Source: Escherichia phage MN03
Direction: 5' to 3' (one strand)
Sequence record: NC_070990.1
Length of the DNA: 64,000 nt
Part shown: piece by piece, positions 31,143 through 40,964 of the stretch
Layout: each line of letters starts with the position of its first letter
How positions within the stretch are numbered: position 1 is the first letter of the stretch
Notes under the pieces: model-generated
The model's database searches: none
Told to the model about the DNA's origin: nothing
The model's input: the letters and a program-made list of their open reading frames with translations, nothing else
Translations under genes and position numbers: made by a program

Positions 31143-31315
31143 CGAGAAGTTCTTCCCCAATCTTTTACATAGCATCGACCGTTAACCCACTTTGTCTCTG
31201 ACTTAAATTCCTGAGACAATCTCACTTCACAGTCTTCTCTACTAGCATCTCCTCCAATATCAATCAGATATAAGAATAGAGCTATACCTAAAGCCCAAAG
31301 AATTATCTTCTTCAT
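31139..31315 (-). CDS. small membrane protein (58 aa)
   Basis: N-terminal hydrophobic segment; start abuts the upstream stop. Confidence 0.25.
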   Translation of the reverse strand: MKKIILWALGIALFLYLIDIGGDASREDCEVRLSQEFKSETKWVNGRCYVKDWGRTSR

Positions 31316-31722
31316 CGAATCACCAAAGGCTCTTCAGAGTACACAGGAGCGGCTATTTCTACAGGAGGTGCTGCCCTAAGGTCATTAAGTCTTACGCCCT
31401 TCAGCATACCGTCTAGGTGGTCCTTTTTAGGGATTCCAACAGGGAAGTCATCAATCCAGATATCGACGAAGAAACCTAACTGTCGACACACCTCATCCTT
31501 CTGTACACCATTACAAAAGATGACAGGGATTTGCAGGGTCTCTGCATCATAGAGGATATCCACGTTATCATAACCGTTAGGCTCTGAGAAACGGAAAGTC
31601 ACGAATCTTACATCATGTCCATACCCTTTCATCAAGCCTATCACATCTCTCCACAGTCGTCTGTCTGCTGTGTAAGTGTCATCATAATCTAAACCAATAT
31701 TCATGTCAAATCCTTTAGACAA
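31312..31722 (-). CDS. HAD-superfamily phosphatase (nucleotidase-like)
   Basis: DxDxT motif (GLDYDDTYT) near the N-terminus and VDIWIDD. Confidence 0.45.
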   Translation of the reverse strand: MSKGFDMNIGLDYDDTYTADRRLWRDVIGLMKGYGHDVRFVTFRFSEPNGYDNVDILYDAETLQIPVIFCNGVQKDEVCRQLGFFVDIWIDDFPVGIPKKDHLDGMLKGVRLNDLRAAPPVEIAAPVYSEEPLVIR

Positions 31723-31744
31723 GAAAAGCCGCCCGAAGGCAGCT
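31721..31744 (-). terminator. rho-independent terminator (minus strand)
   Basis: AGCTGCC-TTCG-GGCGGCT hairpin plus a U-rich tract on the minus strand. Confidence 0.5.
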
Positions 31745-31750
31745 TCTTAT

Positions 31751-31927
31751 TTAACTGTTCACTTTAGCTTCAAGTGTTTCGTTTTCAATACTCAAGTCAA
31801 TCACTACACCAGTAAGCTCAACGACTGCTTGGCGAAGGGCATCTTTACCCATAGAGTGTACTTGAGATAAGAAGAAAGCTTTACCTTCTTCAGTGGATAG
31901 GGTTTCTTTTAATTCAGAAGCAGTCAT
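31751..31927 (-). CDS. hypothetical small protein (58 aa)
   Basis: AAGGA RBS; ends just before the terminator. Confidence 0.3.
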   Translation of the reverse strand: MTASELKETLSTEEGKAFFLSQVHSMGKDALRQAVVELTGVVIDLSIENETLEAKVNS

Positions 31928-31936
31928 TGATATTCC

Positions 31937-32131
31937 TTATGTTATGTTATAAATTCGCATGATTGTACCACCATTGGCTTCAATAGCAGCAACCATTTGG
32001 TTTCGTTCTTCATCCGTGTAAACTAACACACTTCTAAACTCACCTGTTGCATCAGTATAAAGGATGTTATATTTCGGAGGTGGCTTACGGTAAATACCTT
32101 CCATCACTCTTTCTCCTCTCGCTCTTTCCAC
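31937..32131 (-). CDS. hypothetical protein
   Basis: ORF; start uncertain. Confidence 0.25.
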   Translation of the reverse strand: MERARGERVMEGIYRKPPPKYNILYTDATGEFRSVLVYTDEERNQMVAAIEANGGTIMRIYNIT

Positions 32132-32287
32132 AGTTCGGCTAGCTCTAGATAGAACTCAGCCTCATCAGGACGACCTTGTTCATTACAGATGGCGCTCTGA
32201 CGATAACACCAATCCGATGGCATCTCTTCCACTTCAATCTCCTTGTTATGAACCAATCAATAAGAATAGTTCATTCGTCTTATTTAT

Positions 32288-32482
32288 TCACTCTACCAAT
32301 GCAGGTACTTCTATCCGTTTAACTGTGAATGTCTTGTTTGGAAACTTTCGAACTAGCTCTGCTGCTTTGGTTATTGCTAAGTTCTCTGTCTCAAAGATAC
32401 ACAGTTGACCATTTAATGCTACGAGAGTGGAGCCACCGCTGAAGACGGCCCAAGATTCATAATAACCACGAACACTCATCAC
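32288..32482 (-). CDS. hypothetical protein
   Basis: ORF. Confidence 0.3.
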   Translation of the reverse strand: MMSVRGYYESWAVFSGGSTLVALNGQLCIFETENLAITKAAELVRKFPNKTFTVKRIEVPALVE

Positions 32483-32847
32483 TCAACCTCAATATTATAT
32501 AGAGTTTTCAGTGTATCTTTAATCCAAGTAATTCGTTTTTGGTTCTTGTGGTGTGATCTGTTATCTCTATCTCTGAAATATTGGTCACAGCCAAAAGGGT
32601 ATGTATGGTCCGAGAATTTATCTTGGTTAAACATATTCTTCATGTCATCCACGTCTAGATGTTTTGTGAAATAATAATACTTCTTATAACAGCGGAAGTT
32701 GAAGCATAGTCCGTGATCTTCATTAAACCAAGGAGGACACTCTTCTGTTTGAGTTATATGATAATACTGGAGGAGGAAATCTTCCATCCCTCTCTCCTTG
32801 AATAAACACCTAAGTGTTCTATAGATTATATTAGTTTCTTTCATCAC
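32479..32847 (-). CDS. hypothetical Cys/His-rich protein
   Basis: ORF with overlapping stop/start coupling. Confidence 0.35.
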   Translation of the reverse strand: MMKETNIIYRTLRCLFKERGMEDFLLQYYHITQTEECPPWFNEDHGLCFNFRCYKKYYYFTKHLDVDDMKNMFNQDKFSDHTYPFGCDQYFRDRDNRSHHKNQKRITWIKDTLKTLYNIEVE

Positions 32848-32852
32848 TCACC

Positions 32853-34697
32853 TTAGTGTGTGTGCATCCAGTTAAGTCCAATCTGACAATCAGAAGCCAG
32901 AGGGCATTCCATGTTCAAATACTCACCAGCCTTCTTAACACAAAGCTCGGTGTGCTCTTTGAGTTTCTGTACATCATTACGGTTCACTGAGAATTGACCT
33001 TCATCGTGCATATCAATTACCTTAGCACAACGAACCTTATCTTTCTCAATCCACTTGTTAAGGAACATCATAGCATATTTCATAACAACAGCACCAGCAC
33101 ATTGCAGGAGTGTGTTAAGGGCTTTATGAACCATAACCTTACCAGTGGCATCCCGTCTCATTGTAATCTTACGACCATCAACTCCAATCAAGTATCCTTG
33201 AGCAGCTTTCTCTGTCATACGATCAATGAGGATTGCAATACATGGGTTCTCTGCTAAGAAACGTGCTCGCATCACTGAACCTTCGTCAGCCCCACCACCT
33301 ACAATTGAACCAAGCTTAGCGTCACCAGCACCATAGTTGAATGCGTAGATAAACGTCTTAGCGTTGTCACGAGTAGGAAGACCAGCAAGTTTCTGGTTGT
33401 GGGAGTGGATATCACCTTCAAGGAGAATATCACGATACATAATAGCAGAAGCTAAACCACGTTCTGCCAGAGCTTTCTTAGCTGGATTGTTCTCTTCGAT
33501 TGCCTCAGCAAGCATATCCCTACACTCTTTAATGAGGTAGTGAGCGAGCATACGAAGTTCAAGCCCAGAACCATCATACCCTAAGAATACTTCTTTACCA
33601 GCGGGTATGTAATATTTGTAAGCACCTACAGGTTTGTCTTTCTTCCCCGGTTTACCTTTCTCATAAATTACGTTAGTACCTTTTCGTATATAACAACCAT
33701 CAGGAACAACGTTAGTAATAACGAAAGGACGAGAATGATCACTGTCTGAGTTATAGTCAGACTCAAACAAACTGCGACACTCGTGACCAAACAAACCACG
33801 GGAGGGAATATTAACCACGATACGATGTTTGAATCGAAAAGTCGGCGTAGCGCAGCTGTTAGCTTCTGCCGAAAGTTTACCATCTTCTCGCTCCTTTGCT
33901 ATGAGTCCACTGATAAGACCTAGCCTGTGAGCCGCCACAACGCGTCTCTTAAGCAAACTTCCGACACTCCCTAGCTCACCCCCTAACCCTTCTTCAAGAG
34001 TCTCCTCGAGGTTTGTAGGAGCTGTAGGCCACTTGTTTGATGTGGCTAGTGCTTTCTTAATCTCATCAAACGTTACAGGATTACGGCGATTAGGGTTTAA
34101 TCCCAAACCAAACACGTAAGCCTTCATGTAATTCTTAGTCTTAAACCTGAAATGCTTTTCTAAGAACTTCTTAATATCAGCGTCAACCATCTCAGCTGTC
34201 TGCTTCTGCTTAGCATTGCCTCGCATCCAAGCAGTATACCATGCTTGGTATGTTCCATACTTTCTCATATCTTTCTTAATTTCGAAAGTATTCCAAGGCT
34301 TCTTAGATACGTTAAACTCTGGAGGAAGAAAGCCCTCATCCATAAGAGCTTCTTTAACTCGTGCATCTTTCGATGGGTCAAAGTCTACGTATTCGACACA
34401 GGTGAATGCTCCACCAATATCTTCTCTCTTCAGCCCAACCCTATCACAATAGGCTTGAGGCCACTTCTGTAAAGCTCCAGACTTCTTAAATGGCTTCATG
34501 TAAGTAGAGCCATCTAATCTCATCTTAGGTAAGAGAGGAATCAACTCTCTGTCAATATTAACAATAATCTCTTTAAGGAGGTGAACATACCACCGAGCAT
34601 TTCTTCGGTTGAAACTCACTCCGTGCTTTGCTTGCTTAGAGATTATATCAGCGACAGTCATCTCTGTCAAAAATGGAAGAGCGTCCGGGTTGCTCAC
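32853..34697 (-). CDS. DNA polymerase, family A, polymerase domain only
   Basis: Motif A LGYDGSGLELR, motif B RDNAKTFIYAFNYGAG, motif C MHDE. Confidence 0.85.
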   Translation of the reverse strand: MSNPDALPFLTEMTVADIISKQAKHGVSFNRRNARWYVHLLKEIIVNIDRELIPLLPKMRLDGSTYMKPFKKSGALQKWPQAYCDRVGLKREDIGGAFTCVEYVDFDPSKDARVKEALMDEGFLPPEFNVSKKPWNTFEIKKDMRKYGTYQAWYTAWMRGNAKQKQTAEMVDADIKKFLEKHFRFKTKNYMKAYVFGLGLNPNRRNPVTFDEIKKALATSNKWPTAPTNLEETLEEGLGGELGSVGSLLKRRVVAAHRLGLISGLIAKEREDGKLSAEANSCATPTFRFKHRIVVNIPSRGLFGHECRSLFESDYNSDSDHSRPFVITNVVPDGCYIRKGTNVIYEKGKPGKKDKPVGAYKYYIPAGKEVFLGYDGSGLELRMLAHYLIKECRDMLAEAIEENNPAKKALAERGLASAIMYRDILLEGDIHSHNQKLAGLPTRDNAKTFIYAFNYGAGDAKLGSIVGGGADEGSVMRARFLAENPCIAILIDRMTEKAAQGYLIGVDGRKITMRRDATGKVMVHKALNTLLQCAGAVVMKYAMMFLNKWIEKDKVRCAKVIDMHDEGQFSVNRNDVQKLKEHTELCVKKAGEYLNMECPLASDCQIGLNWMHTH

Positions 34698-34713
34698 TTT
34701 ATACTCCTTTAAA

Positions 34714-35136
34714 TTATTGGTAAAGTAAATCTGTAAATGCTTGGTTATCTTCTACTACATTCAACATGGTAGCTTCATCACTATAAGCCCTAACCGTCCC
34801 GTTGACAACTGTCCAAGGAGGAGGTGGAGGTGGTGCATGGTTAGCCCTAGCTTCACGAGGTTGCTCTCGTACTAAATGAGCCACAACCCTCTGATTAGCA
34901 ACTTCTTCTCTTTCTCTGATAGCTCTCTGAATGTAGGCCAGCTTCATGCCCCAAGCTTCTTCAAACTCTTGAGGGTGTTTATCACTGATAACCACATACT
35001 GACGTTCAGGAATACCAGAGCGAATTTCTGATAATAATTCATGGAACAAATCCAGTTCATGTTCAGTGAGATTCATTTCGATATCATCCCACTTGAGAAC
35101 TAAGAAACGGTTTGGATATCTAGCTGGTAATGGCAT
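34714..35136 (-). CDS. hypothetical protein
   Basis: ORF. Confidence 0.35.
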   Translation of the reverse strand: MPLPARYPNRFLVLKWDDIEMNLTEHELDLFHELLSEIRSGIPERQYVVISDKHPQEFEEAWGMKLAYIQRAIREREEVANQRVVAHLVREQPREARANHAPPPPPPWTVVNGTVRAYSDEATMLNVVEDNQAFTDLLYQ

Positions 35137-35299
35137 CCTACTCCACCTCTACTTCAATGTAAGTTCTCTCGCCAACATCGTCTTTTAAGACCCATGACTT
35201 GGCATCTTCTTCCGACTTAAAAGCTTTCACAACGCTGTATCCGCCTTCCCATTCATCGCCGAACCAGCGCTGTCCTACGTAAATGTATTCTTTCATCAC

Positions 35300-35584
35300 T
35301 CAACCTCTTGGGAATGGCATCAAAAATTCCATAGCAGATTTAATCTCATTATTGATTCGTGAATCACGATAAGAGATAAACTTACCTTTGCTATCACGTA
35401 ACATCACATGGGTTCTGGCTGTTTTGTGAGGGAGCAATGTGATACTAGTTGGAATAGCATCAATCCCTACAGCGTATTTGTCAATAGTCTTACTTTCAGC
35501 CAACAGATAAGACCAAGTACGCGGTTTCTGCTCCGGGCGGTTAGGGTATGTGTCCCGAATTTGAACCATAGCTAACTTATTCAT
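35300..35584 (-). CDS. hypothetical protein, paralog pair member
   Basis: Shares ART-V-LRD-GKFISY motif with 35586..35840. Confidence 0.4.
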   Translation of the reverse strand: MNKLAMVQIRDTYPNRPEQKPRTWSYLLAESKTIDKYAVGIDAIPTSITLLPHKTARTHVMLRDSKGKFISYRDSRINNEIKSAMEFLMPFPRG

Positions 35585-35585
35585 A

Positions 35586-35840
35586 TTAAACTCCTTTAGG
35601 GAATGGGATGAGATTTTCTACTGCAACACGGAAAGATTTTTCTACGTTCTTATTCTTATAAGAGATAAATTTTCCATCAGCTCCTCGAAGGAGTACGTTA
35701 GTGCGAGCTGTATTTGGGTTTTGTTGAATCATAGAACGAATGATGTTCTCTGAACCTCTATGCTTATTGGTGAATTTCCAACTGATAGTTTTACCGGTAC
35801 GAGTTACATCAATGATGTTTACGATTTTTACAATAGACAT
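35586..35840 (-). CDS. hypothetical protein, paralog pair member
   Basis: Shares the motif with 35300..35584. Confidence 0.4.
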   Translation of the reverse strand: MSIVKIVNIIDVTRTGKTISWKFTNKHRGSENIIRSMIQQNPNTARTNVLLRGADGKFISYKNKNVEKSFRVAVENLIPFPKGV

Positions 35841-35909
35841 ATTTATTACCTAAGAAGTTTAATTTGGTTTATATAAAAGAAAAGGCCACCTGATTAGGCA
35901 GCCTTTGTT

Positions 35910-36203
35910 CTAGAGACGAAGCCAAGTTTGATAGTCAGCTTCAGTGTAATGGTTGTTTCTAGAGTTATTTTTCATTTCCTTGAGAGTAGCTCTCAGGTCA
36001 ATGTTATGCTCTCTCCTTGTTCTATTCGGGTCTGTATCTTCTAATAGATGGGAGTGATCACTACAAGAGTAGTGCTTATAGTGGTCCCTGTATCCTCTAC
36101 TTGGAGAATACTTGGTCATTAAAGTTGCAACTCTTTTTACACCCTCTGCTTTACAGAATTTACAATAAGTGTGAATTGTACATCTTTTTGTTTCTGCTGA
36201 CAC
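35910..36203 (-). CDS. hypothetical Cys/His-rich protein
   Basis: ORF. Confidence 0.35.
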   Translation of the reverse strand: MSAETKRCTIHTYCKFCKAEGVKRVATLMTKYSPSRGYRDHYKHYSCSDHSHLLEDTDPNRTRREHNIDLRATLKEMKNNSRNNHYTEADYQTWLRL

Positions 36204-36213
36204 TATAACCTCT

Positions 36214-36528
36214 TTATGAGCTTAAAGCTCCTTTGCGTGCTCCAGCTGCTTTTCCAGCTCGATCACCACTTTTGCCGCCGTTTGAACGGTTTGAGCTGAC
36301 TGATTCAACACGTAAGTTGCTTGACGCATTAGAGCCTCCAGACTTGACAGCTCGTTTGTGTCCAACGTCTTTACCTCTGACAGCAGCTTTTCCATCGCGC
36401 TTTTCAACGATGCGACGTGCACGGTGGCGCTGAGCATCTCCGCTCTTGCTCCCAACGCCTGTTTCACCACGGGCAATTGCGGTACGTCTTTCTTGTGCAT
36501 AATCTCTCTTTCCTACATGATCTGCCAT
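36214..36528 (-). CDS. basic Gly/Ser-rich protein
   Basis: Strong AAGGAG RBS; GC-rich codons; phage-sigma motif 36 nt upstream. Confidence 0.45.
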   Translation of the reverse strand: MADHVGKRDYAQERRTAIARGETGVGSKSGDAQRHRARRIVEKRDGKAAVRGKDVGHKRAVKSGGSNASSNLRVESVSSNRSNGGKSGDRAGKAAGARKGALSS

Positions 36529-36564
36529 TTAGAACTCCTTAATATATCAGTGTACACTAAGGAG

Positions 36565-36573
36565 TATACATTA
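36565..36573 (-). promoter_or_regulatory. TAATGTATA motif on the minus strand, candidate phage-sigma promoter
   Basis: Reverse complement CTTATAATGTATACT; 36 nt upstream of the ATG at 36528. Confidence 0.45.
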
Positions 36574-36584
36574 TAAGTTACTGT

Positions 36585-37322
36585 TTAAGCTTTCTTTTCC
36601 ATTGCTTTAACAATCGCCTTACAGAAACCAGAACGAACAATATCATCTGATTCACCATCTACAATCTCAGCAAACTCATACAGATCGTGTTCATCAATAA
36701 AGTTAGTAGCCCAAGTTAGACCACTCTCGCGACCACGCATATCATGCTGGTTTGTATCACCCATACAGAACAATTGAGAGGTTTCTCCCAATCGAGTCAT
36801 GATGGAGAAGGCTTCATCCTTAGTTGTGTTCTGGAACTCATCAACAATAACAATAGCATCATTGAAAGAACGACCACGGAGATATTCCAGAGGTACAAAC
36901 TCAATGTTACCATTTCCGATTTGGCATTCATAGAATCCCTTACCATATCGCTGAGTAATAACATCAATGATAGGCATCAGGTATGGTTCAAACTTCTCAC
37001 GCATTCCTCCCGGAAGTAACCCAAGAGAGTTGCCCATGCCAACCGAAGGGCGACTCAGAATGATCTTCTGAATCTTACCGCTCTTCAGTGCATCAATAAC
37101 TGTGGAAGTGATTACAAAGGTCTTACCACAGCCCGCAGGAGCGTCTGTGAACACAACTTGTTTAGTCTTAATAGCATTGAGTAGCTCAGACTGAAACTGG
37201 TTCTGAGGGACTACAGGCTTTGCTAAAACCACCTCTTCATACTCTCGCTTACCCTTACGAGTAACAAGTGCTTCTCGACGAAGGTCTTTCCGTGATTCTT
37301 TCCGTGATTGACGACGACTCAT
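36585..37322 (-). CDS. phoH: PhoH-like ATPase
   Basis: Walker A GCGKTF and PhoH-like length and pattern. Confidence 0.7.
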   Translation of the reverse strand: MSRRQSRKESRKDLRREALVTRKGKREYEEVVLAKPVVPQNQFQSELLNAIKTKQVVFTDAPAGCGKTFVITSTVIDALKSGKIQKIILSRPSVGMGNSLGLLPGGMREKFEPYLMPIIDVITQRYGKGFYECQIGNGNIEFVPLEYLRGRSFNDAIVIVDEFQNTTKDEAFSIMTRLGETSQLFCMGDTNQHDMRGRESGLTWATNFIDEHDLYEFAEIVDGESDDIVRSGFCKAIVKAMEKKA

Positions 37323-37516
37323 TTACGCTCTCCAATTTCTTCGTAATGACATTCAGTAGTTAAGCAGTCTTTACAGATTGCTGTATAAACCCTGACGTTA
37401 GTAAATCGTTTGTTCTTCCCTTTGGTTGGAGAGCCTTTGGCAAGCTCTCTGATAACCTTGTTACTTAAGTGAAGGTTTGTTCCTTCACATTTAGAGCACT
37501 TCACCACAATGTCCAT
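37319..37516 (-). CDS. zinc-ribbon protein
   Basis: Two CxxC pairs. Confidence 0.35.
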   Translation of the reverse strand: MDIVVKCSKCEGTNLHLSNKVIRELAKGSPTKGKNKRFTNVRVYTAICKDCLTTECHYEEIGERK

Positions 37517-37701
37517 TCAGTAAGAGACCACAGAGAGTCACCTATGTGGGCATTGTCATTCCTGATGAGGTCTTTGATTTTATCAACATCAGTTAAGTGA
37601 GTCACATTCAAAATGTCCTCAACATCCGGGGCATATTTAAATATGGCAACAATACTGTTGTGATCTTCAGCGTATCTTTCTAGAACATAAACTACGCTCA
37701 T
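37501..37701 (-). CDS. hypothetical protein
   Basis: ORF. Confidence 0.3.
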   Translation of the reverse strand: MSVVYVLERYAEDHNSIVAIFKYAPDVEDILNVTHLTDVDKIKDLIRNDNAHIGDSLWSLTEWTLW

Positions 37702-38021
37702 GCGACGTTAACCTCTTTATGAAGTCTGTAAACAGCTGTCGCCATACAAGCAACAGCTTCGTTATGTGGGAGATGCATACCTGTAGAACCATCCCAATCT
37801 TTAAACTCGTTGTCAAAGACTCCAGTAGGTTCTGGATACAGAGCTTGCAGCTCCACTAGATCATTAGCAACTTGTTGCCATTTATCATCAGACCAGATAG
37901 GGTCATCCAACCAGTAATACAAATAGGAATGGATGATCAATTGCCTTCTATGCCGATTGATTACTTCAGCGGGACTTATTTCACTTCCATTTGAAGTCCT
38001 AAATGTATTACTGTCAATCAT
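37698..38021 (-). CDS. hypothetical protein
   Basis: ORF. Confidence 0.35.
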   Translation of the reverse strand: MIDSNTFRTSNGSEISPAEVINRHRRQLIIHSYLYYWLDDPIWSDDKWQQVANDLVELQALYPEPTGVFDNEFKDWDGSTGMHLPHNEAVACMATAVYRLHKEVNVA

Positions 38022-38203
38022 TTCACAACCTTAAATTTGAATGTTGTTGGGTGATAATAGTGCAACCTATTGATAGTATGCTTTGTTTCAAGATATATCC
38101 TGCAAGAGTGGCACATGACATGGGTCAGACCGGTTACAGGGTTAGGTTTGAAGTTGGCGACAGGCTTCTCTTTCTTACAGAAGCTACAGACTTTCTTTTC
38201 CAT
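38018..38203 (-). CDS. zinc-ribbon protein
   Basis: CSFC...CHSC motif; trimmed to an internal ATG. Confidence 0.3.
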   Translation of the reverse strand: MEKKVCSFCKKEKPVANFKPNPVTGLTHVMCHSCRIYLETKHTINRLHYYHPTTFKFKVVK

Positions 38204-38417
38204 CTTTTCTCCAGTGGTCAACGAATTGCTGAAACACCTTATGGTCGAATGTGAAACCACGAGCAATCCCACACTCTACGAAAGTAGAAGGCATATAGTC
38301 TACATCATCTTTAGATGTATGACCATAAACTTGAATAAGCTTTTTAATCTTATCCTTCTCTCTTCGAGGAAGCATCCTAAATGCCTCCTGAATATCTGTA
38401 ATATGTTTGATTTTCAT
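38184..38417 (-). CDS. hypothetical protein
   Basis: ORF. Confidence 0.3.
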   Translation of the reverse strand: MKIKHITDIQEAFRMLPRREKDKIKKLIQVYGHTSKDDVDYMPSTFVECGIARGFTFDHKVFQQFVDHWRKDGKESL

Positions 38418-38433
38418 CAGAAAGCCTCTGATA

Positions 38434-39090
38434 TTAACTCTCCAAAGTTTTCTTCAGAGCTGCCCATGAGATTGGGTAGAGCTTAGACATCTCTTCATCT
38501 ACGGATTTAGCAAACACTCGAACTTCATATTGAGCGTGAGATGAGAGTCGCTGACGACACAACTCAAACCAGCCATACAAAGAACCAGTCCACACCCACT
38601 CAGTGATCATCCCCTGAGGAAGAACAAATCGAGCTTGCTCTGGTGCAATAAATTCAATCAACTTGTCATATGTTGCTAGAGAAGCTTCATATGCATCGTT
38701 AATCAACATTAATGCTTCAGCTCGTTCTCCGTCGATGAGTTGAATCCCTGAACCTGCATGGAGGTCCGAAGGTCTCGCAAAAATCTCTTTAGGGATGAAG
38801 ACTTCAACTGCTCCATCTTTATACCGCCGGGACATTTCGTTCCACGAGAATCCAACCTGATGCTTGCCCAACTGTCTCGCAATTGCAATAGGTGCTTTGC
38901 ATCGGAAACTGACTTGCGGGTGTCGGAATGGGGTAACATGCTTCTCTCTTGCGAGGAAGTTGATGAGACGTTCATCACGTTCATTTAAATCACCTTCACG
39001 GGTTACGCCAAAGGAAACTCGAGCTGCGTTTACTACGCTACGATCACTTCCCATAGCTTCGATTAATGTTGCTTGTAGTTGTTCATTCAT
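38434..39090 (-). CDS. thyX: flavin-dependent thymidylate synthase ThyX
   Basis: TPFRHPQVSF ... HQVGFSWNEMSRRY matches the ThyX signature region. Confidence 0.75.
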   Translation of the reverse strand: MNEQLQATLIEAMGSDRSVVNAARVSFGVTREGDLNERDERLINFLAREKHVTPFRHPQVSFRCKAPIAIARQLGKHQVGFSWNEMSRRYKDGAVEVFIPKEIFARPSDLHAGSGIQLIDGERAEALMLINDAYEASLATYDKLIEFIAPEQARFVLPQGMITEWVWTGSLYGWFELCRQRLSSHAQYEVRVFAKSVDEEMSKLYPISWAALKKTLES

Positions 39091-39105
39091 CCGTGAATAT
39101 CCTTA

Positions 39106-39381
39106 TTACTTATTGCTCAGGGCTGTGTCCAAAAATGCTTTCAGGTTTGCTTCAGTCTGCATACCAGAGAGGCTATAGTGTGCACCACTGTTACGGTCAG
39201 GCACAACGAAAGCAGGGATACTTCGTACACCATACTTAACAGCTTGCTCACGACCATCACCTTCAAGGATGTTAATCTCTTCCACTTCTACATCAAACTC
39301 CTTAACAACCTTCTCAAAGGTAGGAGCCATTGCTTTACATGGAGCACACTGATCACTATAAAACTTAATTACTTTACTCAT
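39106..39381 (-). CDS. thioredoxin
   Basis: CAPC active site in a thioredoxin-like context; AAGGA RBS at the internal ATG. Confidence 0.7.
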   Translation of the reverse strand: MSKVIKFYSDQCAPCKAMAPTFEKVVKEFDVEVEEINILEGDGREQAVKYGVRSIPAFVVPDRNSGAHYSLSGMQTEANLKAFLDTALSNK

Positions 39382-39571
39382 TCTATTCCTTGTTAATAAA
39401 CAGGTTGATATGACGCTGGGTAGCAGGAACAACAATAAAAGATTTATACTGACCTTTTGCTAGGTCATGAGCAATCTTCTTTGTCTGACCAAGACCCATC
39501 ACACAGCCACTAACGATAATGGCATGTGCTTGTAATTCTTCAGGTAGGTTTAGTTTCACTCTTTGGATTCC

Positions 39572-39757
39572 TTATAGCATACAAAGAATAATAACAAGAG
39601 GTAGTGTTATAGCAAAATGTACCAGAACAACACTACCTAGCTTGATAGCTTTAACATCCTCTTCTGCTGGGTTTTCTTTAATTGCTAAATTTCGAGCTTT
39701 ATATATAACAGTACCAACTATTAACGACCACACGGCCCACACAATCAGTGAAATCAT
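39572..39757 (-). CDS. small 2-TM membrane protein, paralog A
   Basis: 61 aa; paralogous to 39768..39946. Confidence 0.4.
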   Translation of the reverse strand: MISLIVWAVWSLIVGTVIYKARNLAIKENPAEEDVKAIKLGSVVLVHFAITLPLVIILCML

Positions 39758-39767
39758 ATCAAATCCT

Positions 39768-39946
39768 TATGCAGTCAGGAGGTGAAGCAGGAATGGGATA
39801 ACAACAGCTACGATAACCATGATAGTTGATGCTGTTTGAATCTCACCTTTCTTATCAGGGGTTTCTTCAATAAGCTTACCAGAAGCCCAATAAATACCAC
39901 CACCAATAAAGATAGCCCAAATACCCCATACGATTGCTGATAACAT
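39768..39946 (-). CDS. small 2-TM membrane protein, paralog B
   Basis: Own translation (MLSAIVWGIWAIF...); AAGGA RBS. Confidence 0.35.
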
Positions 39947-40006
39947 ATATCTATATCCTTATAAATAAGTTCGCCCCACCTCGGGTTAGGAGACAGGGCG
40001 GAGGTT

Positions 40007-40570
40007 TTAGTAAGACACGTCACCACTTGAATGGGACATGTTGCTCTTGACGAAGTAGCAATACTTGCCAAGACCTTCATTAATCTCTTGAAGCATACTC
40101 TGATCAACAGGGTAGGTGGCTAAATCACCATCAAACTCATCCATCTTCTCAATAATACACATCAAGGTCATGCACATATCAGAGAGCATACCGTCCATAT
40201 CTAGGTCAGCATTACCCTCTGAGAACCAAGCATGAGAAAGATAGTTAGCTGCTGTAGCGTCCACTTTAACGCAGTGGTAACGCATACGTTCAGCAATACG
40301 ATCTCCTACCTGTCGTGCGTAATCTTCCAGCTCATCAAACATACCATGAACACCCTGAAATCCTGCACCAGAGACGTTCCAGTGGTAGTTTTTAGCTTTG
40401 ATATGCAAGAGTTCCATGTTAGCTTGTAAGCAGCTCAGGATGTGTTCTAGGCTGTTTGCACTAATCATGCCTTGCATTGTTTCAAGGCGAGAGATTGAAA
40501 GATCAGACCGGTCTAACATACTATAGCTGTCACGACCAATCTCAGGTAAATCAAAGACATTCTTATGCAT
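40007..40570 (-). CDS. Dps-like ferritin-fold protein
   Basis: HWNVSGAGFQGVHGMFDE ... DRIAERM matches the Dps signature. Confidence 0.6.
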   Translation of the reverse strand: MHKNVFDLPEIGRDSYSMLDRSDLSISRLETMQGMISANSLEHILSCLQANMELLHIKAKNYHWNVSGAGFQGVHGMFDELEDYARQVGDRIAERMRYHCVKVDATAANYLSHAWFSEGNADLDMDGMLSDMCMTLMCIIEKMDEFDGDLATYPVDQSMLQEINEGLGKYCYFVKSNMSHSSGDVSY

Positions 40571-40892
40571 TTGGGTTTTCTCCATCAAGTTCAACTGAGT
40601 TAGCAACGTTACGTGCAATATTATCCATTACCTGCTGGGTAATTACGATGCAGTTCTGTGGGTCTACTGACTTAGAACGCCCCATTTCAGGGTCATACAC
40701 CTTAACTCGCTTAGCAGTTGAACCTGTAACCTGAAGAACCTTCAACAGATATCCCTGATTACCAATAGACCAAGCAACAACATCACGATTCTTGATAAAG
40801 CGACCAAGCATATCACGATGATAAAACTGTTGCATCACCTTGGATTTTGTAATCTCTTCAGTGGGCGGGGCCACTTTACTCAAATCTAACAT
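40563..40892 (-). CDS. hypothetical protein
   Basis: ORF; AATGTATA-type motif 39 nt upstream. Confidence 0.4.
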   Translation of the reverse strand: MLDLSKVAPPTEEITKSKVMQQFYHRDMLGRFIKNRDVVAWSIGNQGYLLKVLQVTGSTAKRVKVYDPEMGRSKSVDPQNCIVITQQVMDNIARNVANSVELDGENPNA

Positions 40893-40931
40893 AACTCTCT
40901 CCTGTAAAATACAAATTCTTATTGTACTCTA

Positions 40932-40940
40932 TATACATTT
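40932..40940 (-). promoter_or_regulatory. AAATGTATA motif on the minus strand, variant phage-sigma promoter
   Basis: One mismatch from TAATGTATA; 39 nt upstream of the ATG at 40892. Confidence 0.35.
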
Positions 40941-40964
40941 GAGAGTTACCATATCTACTACCAA

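Noticed and set aside
36222-36500. Alternative-frame ORF overlapping 36214..36528
   Set aside because: The 36214..36528 frame has a strong AAGGAG RBS at optimal spacing and follows a promoter motif; the overlapping frame lacks a comparable start signal.
39400-39570. Small minus-strand ORF between the thioredoxin gene and the membrane-protein paralogs (possible GTG start, about 56 aa)
   Set aside because: No ATG start, weak RBS and no recognisable motif; insufficient support.
39808-40107. 99-aa ORF overlapping the Dps-like gene start
   Set aside because: It overlaps the better-supported Dps gene and a small two-TM ORF with RBS (39768..39946) in another frame; likely spurious.
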